Of a stretch of DNA of 64,000 nt, positions 25,458 through 34,664 are shown one piece after another. Positions within the stretch are counted from its first letter, which is position 1. Every line of letters starts with the position of its first letter. The translations under genes and the position numbers were made by a program. The notes below the pieces were generated by a model that worked only from the letters and a program-made list of their open reading frames with translations, was not told the DNA's origin and searched no databases. The DNA comes from a virus (Duplodnaviria; Caudoviricetes): the IMG/VR virus record IMGVR_UViG_3300020202_000076, positions 401 through 64,400 of that record; one strand, 5' to 3'.

Positions 25458-27265
25458 GGGCGCTCTCCCAGAGGCTGAACATCGAAACGCTGGACGCCCA
25501 ACCGCAGCCGTCCCGTGGCGTCGTTGCGTTCGAGACGGATGCTGCCCTGTCTTCCCGAAGCCCTCGGATCGATCCGGACGCCCGAGGTTCCGATCATGTA
25601 CGGGCCATCCTCTTCGTCCGGAGACTGAGGATACTCGCGGGTCTTGACCGTCAGCTCGATGACGCCGGCCTGATCCTTGAAGTCCGGGATGTAGCCCAGA
25701 ACCTCCATCAGCAACCCGCCCTCCGCGAGGTCGAACGGCGCGCATTCGATATAGGCGTTGAGCGGGCCGCCATCGGCGGAGCGTCCGATCTCGTGGATGT
25801 AGAGCTTGGAATCCGTGCCCGCCATCACCGGGTATTGATCCACGCCCGCATCGACCATGGCGGTTCGCGCAATGGTGCCGGCGAACCACCCGCCCTCTTC
25901 CGTGCTCAGCGCCGCGTAGTTCGAGCACTCCGCGTCGTCGTCGGCCGGATAGAGGCACCACATCTCGTTGTTGAGACCGTTGCGGCAGAGATAGATCTTC
26001 TCCTGCTGCGCCGGGGTGATCGCGTCGAACACGTATTTGATGATCGGGCAATCGGCCATCGCCCTCGGCTGACCGCCGTCATAGATCCAGAACTGCCCGT
26101 TATTGGAGAGCCAATAGACATTCGCGCCGACCACGCAGACGGCGTTCGGCCCGATCAACCCGCACCCCTTGGCGAGAAGCACGAAGCCGTAGACCAGGGA
26201 AGGATCGGAGAGGTAGCGCATCGCATAGACGGCGGTGTCGGTGAAGATCAGGCTCTCGCTCTTGGTAGAAAGCCCCGCGACGATTCTCGACCCCTCGGAA
26301 AGCGTGTAGTCCCCGGCCTGGTTGGTGACCGCGGGCGTCCAGGTCGTGTCCTGCCTCTGCCCCGACCAGCGGAGCAGCATGGGGACGAAGTTGACGCCGT
26401 CATGCGTTCCCGCCGCGACGATGAAGCCCTCGGCCGTGACGAACATGTAGGTCGTCTGGGACGGCGCATTGGCAAGCGGCTGCGCCCGGACCCCGGTGTT
26501 CAATTGCCACTGGTAGATCAGGCCGGAGCGAGGGTTGGCGAGAAGGTACTGGCCGAAATTATCGAGCGACCATGTGCGCGGATAAGCGACGGTCGCCGAG
26601 GAGACGCCAAAAAACCCGAGGCCATGACCGCCGACGCCGTAGCCCGGTCCGCCCAAGCCGTTCTGGTTGCCGATCGCCAGCTCGTACTCGGCGACGACGG
26701 AAGTGCCGCCGCCGGTTCCCGCGGCCGTGGCGGTGCTCGCCGCCGTGATCTGGAAGGACGTACCGGACAGCACGTCCATGACGTAAGGCCCGGCGACGAC
26801 GATACCGCCCACGGTCCCGGCGCCGGAGAAGACCACCGTGTCGTCGTCGCTCCCGCCATGGGTGAGCGTGCCGATGTTGACCGTGACGATCGGGCTGCCG
26901 GAGGAAACGATGAACGGATTGGAATATGTGGAGGTGCCGCGAAAGGGCGTGATGTCGTAGAGACCGCCGCCGTAAAGCACCGCAAGCTTCTTGTGCGTGG
27001 CCGCCGCGAGATAGGGAACGGCGGAGGTGTCCGCCCAGGCATGGAGGCGCCGGCAGATACCGGGGATCGTTCCGTCGGTGGCGACGACATAGGTGTCCGT
27101 GCCGGTGACGAGATTGACCAGAGAGGCCGATTGATAGCCGGGGATGTCTTCGAAGTATCCGAGATGCGGGCGCATCCACTGCATCGCGGTCCAGTTGCCC
27201 TTCGCCGAGAGCGCGGTCACGTCCTTGACCAGCGTCGGGGCGAAGTCGAGCTTGACGATGCTCAC
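25454..27265 (-). CDS. Tail nozzle / tubular protein B (P22 gp10-like)
   Basis: ~600 aa beta-rich; WSLDNFGQYL, LRWS.Q..DTTWTP..TNQAGD..L..GS.I; GTGA-coupled start. Confidence 0.8.
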   Translation of the reverse strand: MSIVKLDFAPTLVKDVTALSAKGNWTAMQWMRPHLGYFEDIPGYQSASLVNLVTGTDTYVVATDGTIPGICRRLHAWADTSAVPYLAAATHKKLAVLYGGGLYDITPFRGTSTYSNPFIVSSGSPIVTVNIGTLTHGGSDDDTVVFSGAGTVGGIVVAGPYVMDVLSGTSFQITAASTATAAGTGGGTSVVAEYELAIGNQNGLGGPGYGVGGHGLGFFGVSSATVAYPRTWSLDNFGQYLLANPRSGLIYQWQLNTGVRAQPLANAPSQTTYMFVTAEGFIVAAGTHDGVNFVPMLLRWSGQRQDTTWTPAVTNQAGDYTLSEGSRIVAGLSTKSESLIFTDTAVYAMRYLSDPSLVYGFVLLAKGCGLIGPNAVCVVGANVYWLSNNGQFWIYDGGQPRAMADCPIIKYVFDAITPAQQEKIYLCRNGLNNEMWCLYPADDDAECSNYAALSTEEGGWFAGTIARTAMVDAGVDQYPVMAGTDSKLYIHEIGRSADGGPLNAYIECAPFDLAEGGLLMEVLGYIPDFKDQAGVIELTVKTREYPQSPDEEDGPYMIGTSGVRIDPRASGRQGSIRLERNDATGRLRLGVQRFDVQPLGERP

Positions 27266-27669
27266 TTGATCTGGCCTCGCCAACCCTGGCGGTCGCGGAA
27301 GCGCTTGGCGACGGGTTCCGGCAGATCATCCAGGCTCGACCCGGTCTTCTGGAGCAGGAAGAGGACCGTATCCTCCAGGGCGCGGACCATCGGCTGGTCG
27401 GAGAAGGCGAGCATGCGCATGTGGTGCAGCCCCCTTTCCTCGGCCAGCTCGTAGGGTGTTTTCTCGCGGACGATCCAATGCCGGCGGACCCTCCTGGCGA
27501 GAGGATCGGCGTAGAGGTCGCCGGCCGTGCAAACATCGGTCTTGCGGTTGAAGGAGGGCCGCTCGGTCTCGATCAGCCACCACGCAAACCCTTCATTCGC
27601 CTGGGGCGCATAGGGTTCGTGGGGGATGTCGACGAGGGAGTGGTCGGAGAGGCGGACAAGAGCAAACAT
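27262..27669 (-). CDS. Tail-associated hypothetical protein
   Basis: GGAG SD; follows the Gly-rich fibre gene. Confidence 0.55.
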   Translation of the reverse strand: MFALVRLSDHSLVDIPHEPYAPQANEGFAWWLIETERPSFNRKTDVCTAGDLYADPLARRVRRHWIVREKTPYELAEERGLHHMRMLAFSDQPMVRALEDTVLFLLQKTGSSLDDLPEPVAKRFRDRQGWRGQIK

Positions 27670-27742
27670 TCAAGCTCCGTCAAGTTGCGCGTCCCGGTAG
27701 CCAAGGTTTCAACTTCGGGTCGTTTTCTGATATGCTCCGCTC

Positions 27743-27901
27743 ATGGTTGAAGCCGCCCATGAGTTGCCTCTGCCTGATTGCGCCCTCCAGGCCCAACACA
27801 AGCTTGAGACGGTTTGGAGAAAAGACGAGCGCGGCCAGTGGACGCCGCTGCTTACGATGCGGGATACTTGGGGCATCAGAGATCCAGATCCCTTCCGTTA
27901 G
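27743..27901 (+). CDS. Possible leaderless antisense small ORF (52 aa)
   Basis: MVEAAHELPLPDC...DPFR* fills the only gap in the tail operon; TG-A-TATGCT lies 6 nt before the ATG. Confidence 0.35.
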   Translation: MVEAAHELPLPDCALQAQHKLETVWRKDERGQWTPLLTMRDTWGIRDPDPFR

Positions 27902-29058
27902 GCGACCAGGAAGATCGAGCCGACGCCCGCGCCTCCAGCACCACCCGTGCTGCCGCTACCCCCGCCTCCCCCACCGGCACCGCCAGCACCGCCGGTCGCC
28001 GTATCTGTCACCGTCGTGCCGTTCTGAGCAGGCGGGATAAATCCAGCCCCGGCCCCTGGACCGCCGCCGTTCCAGCTCTGCCGAACCGGGCCGCCGGACG
28101 TATCAATGACCGTGCCTCCAGCTCGCGCTGGACCGCCGCCACCCGCGCCGCTTCGGCCTGATGTTCCTCCACCACCGCCGCCGCCGCCCGTATTTGTCCC
28201 ATCGTTTCCGACTGCGCCGCCGGCCCCGCCTGCTCCGCCAGCACCAGTCGGGCCGCCAGCCCCGCCCCCACCTCCTCCGCCACCGCTTGCACCGCCATTG
28301 CCGCCAGCGCCGCCGGAATTGTTGCTCAGGAAATTGGACGCCGTGCCGCCGGCACCACCGGTTCCGGGAGCGCCCGCTGCGCCGCCCGCTCCACCGCCAG
28401 CCGTCAGCGTCGTTGCGCCCAGAAGTGTCCCAGTGATCGTCGTATCGCCGCCACTAGAGCCCGGAGCGCCTGCGGCTCCCCCAGCGCCGATCGTGAAAAC
28501 GAATTCCCCGTTGCCGGAAGGCCGCAGAAGAAAAGGCGTGTATCCGCCGGCTCCACCGCCGCCGCCGCCGCCGTCGTTCCCACCGTCGTTGGCGGCTCCT
28601 CCGCCGGCTCCCGATGCGGCGACCTCACCAAATCGATAGTTATCCGGAATTGTATGTGCCGGCTTCGCTCCGGCGGTCGTGAAGGAAGTGATGACGTAGA
28701 ACGGCGAGGCGATGTCGTTGTCATAGGCAAAGAAGTTGCCGGTGACCGGCCCCGCCATGCGCCCCCCCGCGCCGGCCAGTCCTCGTCCTCTTCCCGCATT
28801 GCCGTTGAGCGCCATCAGCAAGGCGCCCTTCTCCATCATCTCCTTGAGCGGGGCTTTGACCGCGATCTCCCATCCATCCTTGAAGAAGTCACGAAGCCAG
28901 CGGAGGTGAAGGTCGGACCAGATCACTGGCGGACACTCTCCGTCTCGCGCCAGATTGTGAGAGTCGAAGCGCAGCCGCATCGGCTTGCACGCGACGGTGA
29001 CGTTCTCGCGATGCGAGAGGCGAAGCCCGTGGAAGGGCATCCAGATCGAGGTCGCCAT
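27898..29058 (-). CDS. Gly-rich tail fibre/spike-like protein
   Basis: TAATG-coupled start MATSIW; long GGGGG/GGAG tracts. Confidence 0.65.
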   Translation of the reverse strand: MATSIWMPFHGLRLSHRENVTVACKPMRLRFDSHNLARDGECPPVIWSDLHLRWLRDFFKDGWEIAVKAPLKEMMEKGALLMALNGNAGRGRGLAGAGGRMAGPVTGNFFAYDNDIASPFYVITSFTTAGAKPAHTIPDNYRFGEVAASGAGGGAANDGGNDGGGGGGGAGGYTPFLLRPSGNGEFVFTIGAGGAAGAPGSSGGDTTITGTLLGATTLTAGGGAGGAAGAPGTGGAGGTASNFLSNNSGGAGGNGGASGGGGGGGGAGGPTGAGGAGGAGGAVGNDGTNTGGGGGGGGTSGRSGAGGGGPARAGGTVIDTSGGPVRQSWNGGGPGAGAGFIPPAQNGTTVTDTATGGAGGAGGGGGGSGSTGGAGGAGVGSIFLVA

Positions 29059-29408
29059 TACGGCGTGATCCGGTTGACGAAGCCGTAGATCAGCGGCTTC
29101 ACCGCCGAGGTCGAGAAGGCCGAGACCACGCCTTGATTGGCGATCGGCCAGCCCGGGATGATCTCGTATGCTCCGGCGTTGTTCGTGATCGTCACGGTGT
29201 TCTGGAAGTTCGCGCCGGTCCCGCCGAACTGCACGGTCAGCACAGATGCCGCCGTGCCGGGGTTGGCCGCGTAGAGCCACACCTCGTCTTTTGTGGCGGT
29301 TCCCGTGCCGGCCGTGTGCAGGGCCGTCGCGGCGGTGCCCGCCGTTCCCGCAACGGGGATGGGCTGCCCACCGGTGCCGTGGGTCAGAAACTCTTTCGTG
29401 AATGGCAT
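29058..29408 (-). CDS. Small virion/tail protein
   Basis: GGAGG-like SD; MPFTKEFL...LHTA....DEVWLYA.N...IYGFVNRIT. Confidence 0.7.
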   Translation of the reverse strand: MPFTKEFLTHGTGGQPIPVAGTAGTAATALHTAGTGTATKDEVWLYAANPGTAASVLTVQFGGTGANFQNTVTITNNAGAYEIIPGWPIANQGVVSAFSTSAVKPLIYGFVNRITP

Positions 29409-29415
29409 GGCTACC

Positions 29416-30303
29416 TCAGGAGAAAACCTGGACCTCGAGGACCGAGGACGCGGCGGCGAAGGTTCCGGCGCCGGAGAGAAACTTGGTGTCGTCGCCCGCT
29501 TGCGGGGCCGGGACGACACCCGCGGTCCCCGCGCTCGTGCTCGTCGCCGCGACGAAAGCCGGGAGGACGAGGATCTCGTTTGCCCCGGGATTGGCGCGCG
29601 TACCGAGGACGCTCGACGATCCGAGCGCGATCTTGGTGCTGATGTATCCGGGCGTCGCGTCGGTGAGGCTCACCAGCACGGCGCCGGCAGAGGCGGGCAG
29701 AGCCGCCGCGGCAATCGCCGCATCCATTTGGGACTTGTTCACCGCATCGGCATTCGCCGTACCGGTCCCGACACTCGTCAGCCTGAAGCCGCCCATCGAG
29801 CGGTTTTCCGTCGCGGTGACGACCTGGGCGAAATTCGCCGCAGATGTTGAAGCCGTGGCGCTGCCGACGTTCTTCAGCTCGTTCGACCCGAAATCCAGCG
29901 TGCGGCGGATCGAAGTATCCGTGCCGTCGCAGGAGACGATGTAAGACCCGCCCGAAGGAATGGAGGCCCCGACACCGCCCGAGGTCTTGATCGTGATGGT
30001 GAAGGCGCCCATCGTCGCGCCGTTCGGGACCAGATACCACTTCTGAACCGACGGAATGATGATCGTGCAGTTGCCCGAGAGGGTTCCGGCCAGGATCAGC
30101 ATCCGCATCCGGGATTCATCGGCCGCGTAGTTGACCGAGGTCAGCGTCGTCGTGCCGGAGGTCAGGGTGATCGTGACCTGACCGTCGAGCGCGTCGTCGA
30201 TCAGATCGAAATTGGTGTTGAGGTAGGGATCGCCCCAGACATTGAGGTTCGACCCGAGGCTCTGCTTGCGGAAGCGGTTTCGCGTCGTTGCCGTATCGGC
30301 CAT
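29416..30303 (-). CDS. Tail fibre (proximal) protein
   Basis: G.N.N.WG...N.NFDLID.A, LILAGTLSGN.TIIIP...K.Y.V.N; DAVNKSQMD repeat. Confidence 0.75.
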   Translation of the reverse strand: MADTATTRNRFRKQSLGSNLNVWGDPYLNTNFDLIDDALDGQVTITLTSGTTTLTSVNYAADESRMRMLILAGTLSGNCTIIIPSVQKWYLVPNGATMGAFTITIKTSGGVGASIPSGGSYIVSCDGTDTSIRRTLDFGSNELKNVGSATASTSAANFAQVVTATENRSMGGFRLTSVGTGTANADAVNKSQMDAAIAAAALPASAGAVLVSLTDATPGYISTKIALGSSSVLGTRANPGANEILVLPAFVAATSTSAGTAGVVPAPQAGDDTKFLSGAGTFAAASSVLEVQVFS

Positions 30304-30638
30304 CAGACGCTCCCGTGGTTGAAGCGCGCGCCGAGGCCCGGCCGAATGTCACCGGACCGTCCCGGAGAGCCCGAGAAAGCCGGATCGGCGTAGCGGTAGC
30401 CGTCGGCAAAATGAAGCGCGAGGCCGTCGTAGAAAGGCGTCTGGCAGATCGCACAAACGACATTCGCATCGCCCGAAGCGGGTTCCGGCTGGCGCCAGTT
30501 GCCGAGCAGACGCGACGGATCGAAAGGTTCCCCGCAAAGCCCGTCCCTGCGGAAGTCGCAGATGACATGGCCGTGCTCGCACGTCACCTGTTCGCCAGCC
30601 GTCGCATAGATCGGTCGGCGCTGCGGGGAGTCGAACAT
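30303..30638 (-). CDS. Cys/His-rich hypothetical protein
   Basis: TGATG coupling at both ends; CEHGH.IC...CAIC. Confidence 0.55.
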   Translation of the reverse strand: MFDSPQRRPIYATAGEQVTCEHGHVICDFRRDGLCGEPFDPSRLLGNWRQPEPASGDANVVCAICQTPFYDGLALHFADGYRYADPAFSGSPGRSGDIRPGLGARFNHGSV

Positions 30639-31090
30639 CAGGAGCCTCGCAGGATCTGCCATTGCTGGGCGGTGATGCAGGAGAGAAGGGCCGAGGTCCC
30701 GACGCCGAGCGTGACGCTCGCATTGGTGCCGGCCGTGCCGATCCGGGCCCCGGTCTGCGGCCATACCGAAGCCGCCGCCGTCCCGGTCATCGCGACGAAT
30801 ACCTGTCGTCCGGGCCTTGCCCCCGGAAGCAGAAACGCGCCGGTCCCGACCGTGCCCGTTGTCAGCTCGGCGAGGTCGGCCGAGATCGGCGTCGCCGTCG
30901 CCTGCGATGTCCCCGTCCCCGTCCCGGTGATCACGGCGAAGGAGCGGTTGGCGAAGTGAGGAATCCCGGGCGGGAAGGAAAACTTGTTGGTCTCCAGCTC
31001 GGTCAGCGTGCGCTCGACATTGCCCGTCAGCTCTTGCGCCCAAGGAATGACCTGCGCCGCATTTCTGGGTGCGGCCGGGAGACGCGCCAT
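30638..31090 (-). CDS. Virion protein (Thr/Gly-rich)
   Basis: Short coiled coil followed by TGTGTGT...; follows the adaptor gene. Confidence 0.6.
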   Translation of the reverse strand: MARLPAAPRNAAQVIPWAQELTGNVERTLTELETNKFSFPPGIPHFANRSFAVITGTGTGTSQATATPISADLAELTTGTVGTGAFLLPGARPGRQVFVAMTGTAAASVWPQTGARIGTAGTNASVTLGVGTSALLSCITAQQWQILRGS

Positions 31091-31728
31091 CAGCCCGAGG
31101 ACATGCCGAGATCGAGGCCGATCAGCTCGGAATTGCTCTCGGCATTGACGCTATCGATCTCGGCATCGGCGATCGCCTGCCAATATTCCTGCTGCGGCGA
31201 GTTGCGCAGCCACTCATAGGCGTAGCTGGCGCAGATCGCGCGGATCAGGCGCGGGTTCTTCTGGGTGAGCCAGGTCGTTTCCGTCGCCGTCCCCAGGGTC
31301 GGCATGTCCTTGTAGAAGACGAAGCGGTAGGCGTAGGTGCCGTCGAGGCAGGACGGAAACGCCGCATTGGTCCCGACCGCCGCCCAGATCGCCGGGAAGG
31401 CGGTCCCCAGGAGTCCCGTCGTCCCCGAATAGAACCGCGCCTGCTCCATCTCCTCCACGGTCTTGGGCACGATGATCTGCGCCGTCGGCGCCGTGAACTC
31501 GAACTTGGACGCCGCCCGGAAGCCGGCAGGAAGCGGGATCTCGCTCTGCCCGGTGGTCGCGGTGCCGACATGGGTGGACAGCATCTCGCGGGCGCGCAGC
31601 CTGGAATTGAGATAGGGCTGCGCGTCGTCGAGGATCGTGTCGGGATCGATCGACGAGTTGTTGACGAACGATTTGAGCGACCCGCTGCTTCCCTTCTCGT
31701 TGACCAGCGCCGAGTAGGTCATCGCCAT
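31090..31728 (-). CDS. Head-tail adaptor / tubular protein A
   Basis: MTYS.L...I...AQ..LN.RLR.REM...LP..F...TWLT...P.L pattern; 212 aa. Confidence 0.75.
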   Translation of the reverse strand: MAMTYSALVNEKGSSGSLKSFVNNSSIDPDTILDDAQPYLNSRLRAREMLSTHVGTATTGQSEIPLPAGFRAASKFEFTAPTAQIIVPKTVEEMEQARFYSGTTGLLGTAFPAIWAAVGTNAAFPSCLDGTYAYRFVFYKDMPTLGTATETTWLTQKNPRLIRAICASYAYEWLRNSPQQEYWQAIADAEIDSVNAESNSELIGLDLGMSSG

Positions 31729-31731
31729 GGG

Positions 31732-33390
31732 CTACTCCGCAGCGGCCTGCATCTCGACGAGCTTCTGGTCGCCAGCGGTGATGGTGATCGAGTGGCCATC
31801 TTCGATAAGATGGGCCGCCGCATCCGCGAAGTCGCGAGCGACCTCCGCCGGCAGCAGAGCCAGGATCGCCTCCACCGTATCCTCGACGGTGATGTTGGCC
31901 TGGCATAGAGCCGCCCCGGTCACCTTGTCCTGGTTGCAGCGCGACCAGTCGTAGTGAAGACGGTGGCAGGGATAGCAGGCCGTCGAGCCCGCAACAGGCG
32001 TGAGGGCTTTGGTCCTCGGCCAGTGCTTCGTCAGATTCTCTTCGCTCGAATGCGAGAGGAAGACGACCTTCGGGATGTCGAGATGGCTGACCGAGTTGAG
32101 GACGCCGGTCTCGGGGCCGACGACGAGGTCGACCTTTCGCGCCAGCGCCATGGTTCCGCGGATCGGCCACTCCCCGCAGGTCCGGACGATCCGTTGCGCA
32201 TCGCCGAAGAACAGCTTGGCCGAGTCCTGGACCTGCACCTCCAGATCCTTGTGCTTTTCCTCTCCCGCCAGGATCACCGTCGCCGTCGGGTGTTTGTAGA
32301 GCAGACGGACGATCGCGGGCGGGGTGTGCGGCCAGATCTTGTGCGGGGCCGAGCCGCCGACGATCCAGAGGATCACCGGACCCGACAACCCTTTCAGGAT
32401 TCCTTCCACCCGCTTCTCCTCTTCCTCGGTCGGGTAGAAGGCGGGCTTGAAGACATGCGGGAGGCCGGCGATGTCGTGCTGACGTTCGAGATAGTTCTTG
32501 TCGTAGAGCTTCCGCCTCACCTCGTCGGTATGCTTGTCGTGCAGCGAGCCGGGAAGCGTGAGCAGCGTCGCCTCCACGCCCTCGCACAGATTGACGGTGC
32601 GGTCGTAGCGCTTGCCCATCTCGTCCCAATAGGGGCCGAGGGCTTCGTTCGGGACCTGTCCCTCGTCCTGGATGATGAAGGCATCGATGTTCGGATCGTT
32701 CTGGACCACGCTCATCCCTCTGGGCGTGGTGTTCAGCGTGACGTGCCAGCCCTCGGCCTTGAGCCCGGCGGCGACCGACGATGCCTGGATCAGGTCGCCG
32801 AAGGCGCCATAGCGGATCAGCAGGCAGGATTTCTCCCTCTTCGCCCACGGCTTGACGTTCTGCTGGAAGTCGTCCCTCTTCCGCCAGACTTGGAATTGCG
32901 AGTATTCCTCGCCGCCGTTGCGCGTCTCGTTCTCCAGCAGGTCCCAGCCCCCGAGACGGCGGAAGACCTGCACCATCTCATGCGGCCAGATATCGGCCTT
33001 GTGGTCCGGGTTGGCTCCCGGCTGCCCGACCCTTGGATAGAGATCGGGATGCGGCCAGTAGAGCGTGAGGAAGCCGCCGGGCTTGACGATGCGCCACCAC
33101 TCGGCGATGGCCTTGGGCCACTCCTTCACATGCTCGATGAAGTGCGAGGAGATGACGAAATCCTGGGAGGCATCGGCGATCCCGGTCAAGGGGCCGCCGC
33201 CATCCATGTGATAGTCGGCGACCCTCTTGCCGCCGTAATCCTTGCCGGAGTCGAGCGTCATCCAGTGGCCGAACCACCGAGCCTGGCCCGAACCGATGTC
33301 GATCCCCTTCCCTCTCGTATAGGGGACGACCAGCGGATAGATCTTGGCCAGCTCCTGGCCGGTCGAGTCGATCTTGATGTTCCAGACCAC
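31732..33390 (-). CDS. SAM methyltransferase fused to a GT9-like glycosyltransferase
   Basis: GIDIGSG...DFVISSHFIEH...EWWRIVKPGG; C-terminal IRYGAFGDLI...HKIWP...DLVVGPETG..N...CYPC. Confidence 0.85.
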   Translation of the reverse strand: MVWNIKIDSTGQELAKIYPLVVPYTRGKGIDIGSGQARWFGHWMTLDSGKDYGGKRVADYHMDGGGPLTGIADASQDFVISSHFIEHVKEWPKAIAEWWRIVKPGGFLTLYWPHPDLYPRVGQPGANPDHKADIWPHEMVQVFRRLGGWDLLENETRNGGEEYSQFQVWRKRDDFQQNVKPWAKREKSCLLIRYGAFGDLIQASSVAAGLKAEGWHVTLNTTPRGMSVVQNDPNIDAFIIQDEGQVPNEALGPYWDEMGKRYDRTVNLCEGVEATLLTLPGSLHDKHTDEVRRKLYDKNYLERQHDIAGLPHVFKPAFYPTEEEEKRVEGILKGLSGPVILWIVGGSAPHKIWPHTPPAIVRLLYKHPTATVILAGEEKHKDLEVQVQDSAKLFFGDAQRIVRTCGEWPIRGTMALARKVDLVVGPETGVLNSVSHLDIPKVVFLSHSSEENLTKHWPRTKALTPVAGSTACYPCHRLHYDWSRCNQDKVTGAALCQANITVEDTVEAILALLPAEVARDFADAAAHLIEDGHSITITAGDQKLVEMQAAAE

Positions 33391-33393
33391 GCG

Positions 33394-33606
33394 CTACCTC
33401 GCCTTGGGCGGGCGGCCAACGCGGCGCAGCGTCGGCTCGACCGGAGAAATCGCGGCAGGCACATCGGCCGGCGCCGCGGGCGCGGGAGGGGTGACCTCCC
33501 GGCCGTTGGCATCGAAGCAGATGTTGTCCTGCACGAAGGCTCCCCCGGGACCTGGCGGGCACATCAGCCCGTAGGACCGGGAGAAGTCGATCATGCGAGG
33601 GGCCAT
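33394..33606 (-). CDS. Hypothetical protein
   Basis: TAATG-coupled; DFSRSYG...F.QD...FDANG. Confidence 0.6.
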   Translation of the reverse strand: MAPRMIDFSRSYGLMCPPGPGGAFVQDNICFDANGREVTPPAPAAPADVPAAISPVEPTLRRVGRPPKAR

Positions 33607-33782
33607 TACTTCTTCCCTTGGTGGCCGACGGCGCCGCCGTAGTTGAAGCTGTCGGCGATGCCGGCATAGGGGGCGCTCTGCTTGTCGGGCGCGGCCAGAT
33701 CGTTGCTCGGCTCGGTCGAGACGCCCGTGTCGTTATTGACGACCTTGGTCGACGGCTTGTCGCCGTGGCGAAGGATGCTCAT
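33606..33782 (-). CDS. Hypothetical 58-aa protein (absent from the ORF track)
   Basis: AGGAG SD; MSILRHGDKPSTK...HQGKK*. Confidence 0.55.
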   Translation of the reverse strand: MSILRHGDKPSTKVVNNDTGVSTEPSNDLAAPDKQSAPYAGIADSFNYGGAVGHQGKK

Positions 33783-33795
33783 CGTTCTCTCCTGA

Positions 33796-34179
33796 TTAGC
33801 CGGCGAAGCTGCCGGTGTAGGTGGGGAAGTACTCGTAGTTGACGGCGATCACCGAGGTGGCATCCGTGCCCTTGGTCGCGAAGGTCTGCGAGCCTGCGGG
33901 CAACGCGATCGGCGCCGACTGCGAGAAGGTGCCGAAGGTGGTCCCGGCCGTGGTCGCGAGATCGACCGTGCCGAGCGCCGTGGTGCCGACCGTGACGGTC
34001 AGGGTATTCGCGGTCTCGGTGCCCGCGACGACGATGCGATACGTCGCCTGGGTAACCGTGATCGCGAAGGGATTGACCATCCGGCAACTCATCACAGAAG
34101 CCGTTGCCGGCGTCTGGTACGTCGCCGAATGCCGAGCCAGATAGCTCGGCTGCATGTAGTTGAAGGACTGAACTGGCAT
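33796..34179 (-). CDS. Capsid decoration-like protein, paralogue 2
   Basis: 127 aa, Thr-rich; aligns with 34204-34587 (F.YM.P.Y.AR, F.IT.T.A.YR.V.AGT, YEY.PT..G). Confidence 0.7.
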   Translation of the reverse strand: MPVQSFNYMQPSYLARHSATYQTPATASVMSCRMVNPFAITVTQATYRIVVAGTETANTLTVTVGTTALGTVDLATTAGTTFGTFSQSAPIALPAGSQTFATKGTDATSVIAVNYEYFPTYTGSFAG

Positions 34180-34203
34180 AGGCCTTACTCCTTCTTTCCG
34201 GGG

Positions 34204-34587
34204 CTAGGCCGTGACATCGCCGAAGGGCGTCGGGTAGTACTCGTAGGCGACGTTGATGTTCCCGACCGCATCGGCGCCGCGGACGGTGTAGATCTCCCCG
34301 CCCTTGGCGATGGCGACGCTCGCCGCGACCGCGAAGGTCCCGGTGGAGGTGCCGACCGTGGTGCCGAGGGAGATCGTGCCGACCGCGGAACCGCCGGCAT
34401 TGACGATGTAGGTGTTCACCGCCGTTCCCGTACCCGCCGTGACCACGCGATAGGAGGCCCCGGTGAAGGTGATCGGAAACTGGGCGACGAAGCGGGCGAC
34501 CGTACCGGAGACAGCCGTCCCGGTGTCGACCGAGTGGAAGCGCCGCGCATTGTAATGCGGGTGCATGTAGTCGAAGTTGATGGGCAT
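34204..34587 (-). CDS. Capsid decoration-like protein, paralogue 1
   Basis: 127 aa, directly after the capsid gene. Confidence 0.7.
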   Translation of the reverse strand: MPINFDYMHPHYNARRFHSVDTGTAVSGTVARFVAQFPITFTGASYRVVTAGTGTAVNTYIVNAGGSAVGTISLGTTVGTSTGTFAVAASVAIAKGGEIYTVRGADAVGNINVAYEYYPTPFGDVTA

Positions 34588-34605
34588 AGGCTGCTCCTGA
34601 AACGA

Positions 34606-34634
34606 GAGCGGCCCGCGCTCTGGCGGGCCGGCTC
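34606..34634 (-). terminator. Hairpin downstream of the capsid gene
   Basis: Minus strand CGGCCCGC-CAGAGC-GCGGGCCG followed by CTCTCGTTT. Confidence 0.45.
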
Positions 34635-34664
34635 AGGTTGACGAGGAAGGAAGTCGCCGCGTGA

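Noticed and set aside
27940-28620. GCC/CCG-rich stretch as a DNA tandem repeat or DGR target
   Set aside because: Explained by poly-Gly codons of the fibre-like protein; no reverse transcriptase or template/variable repeat pair was seen.
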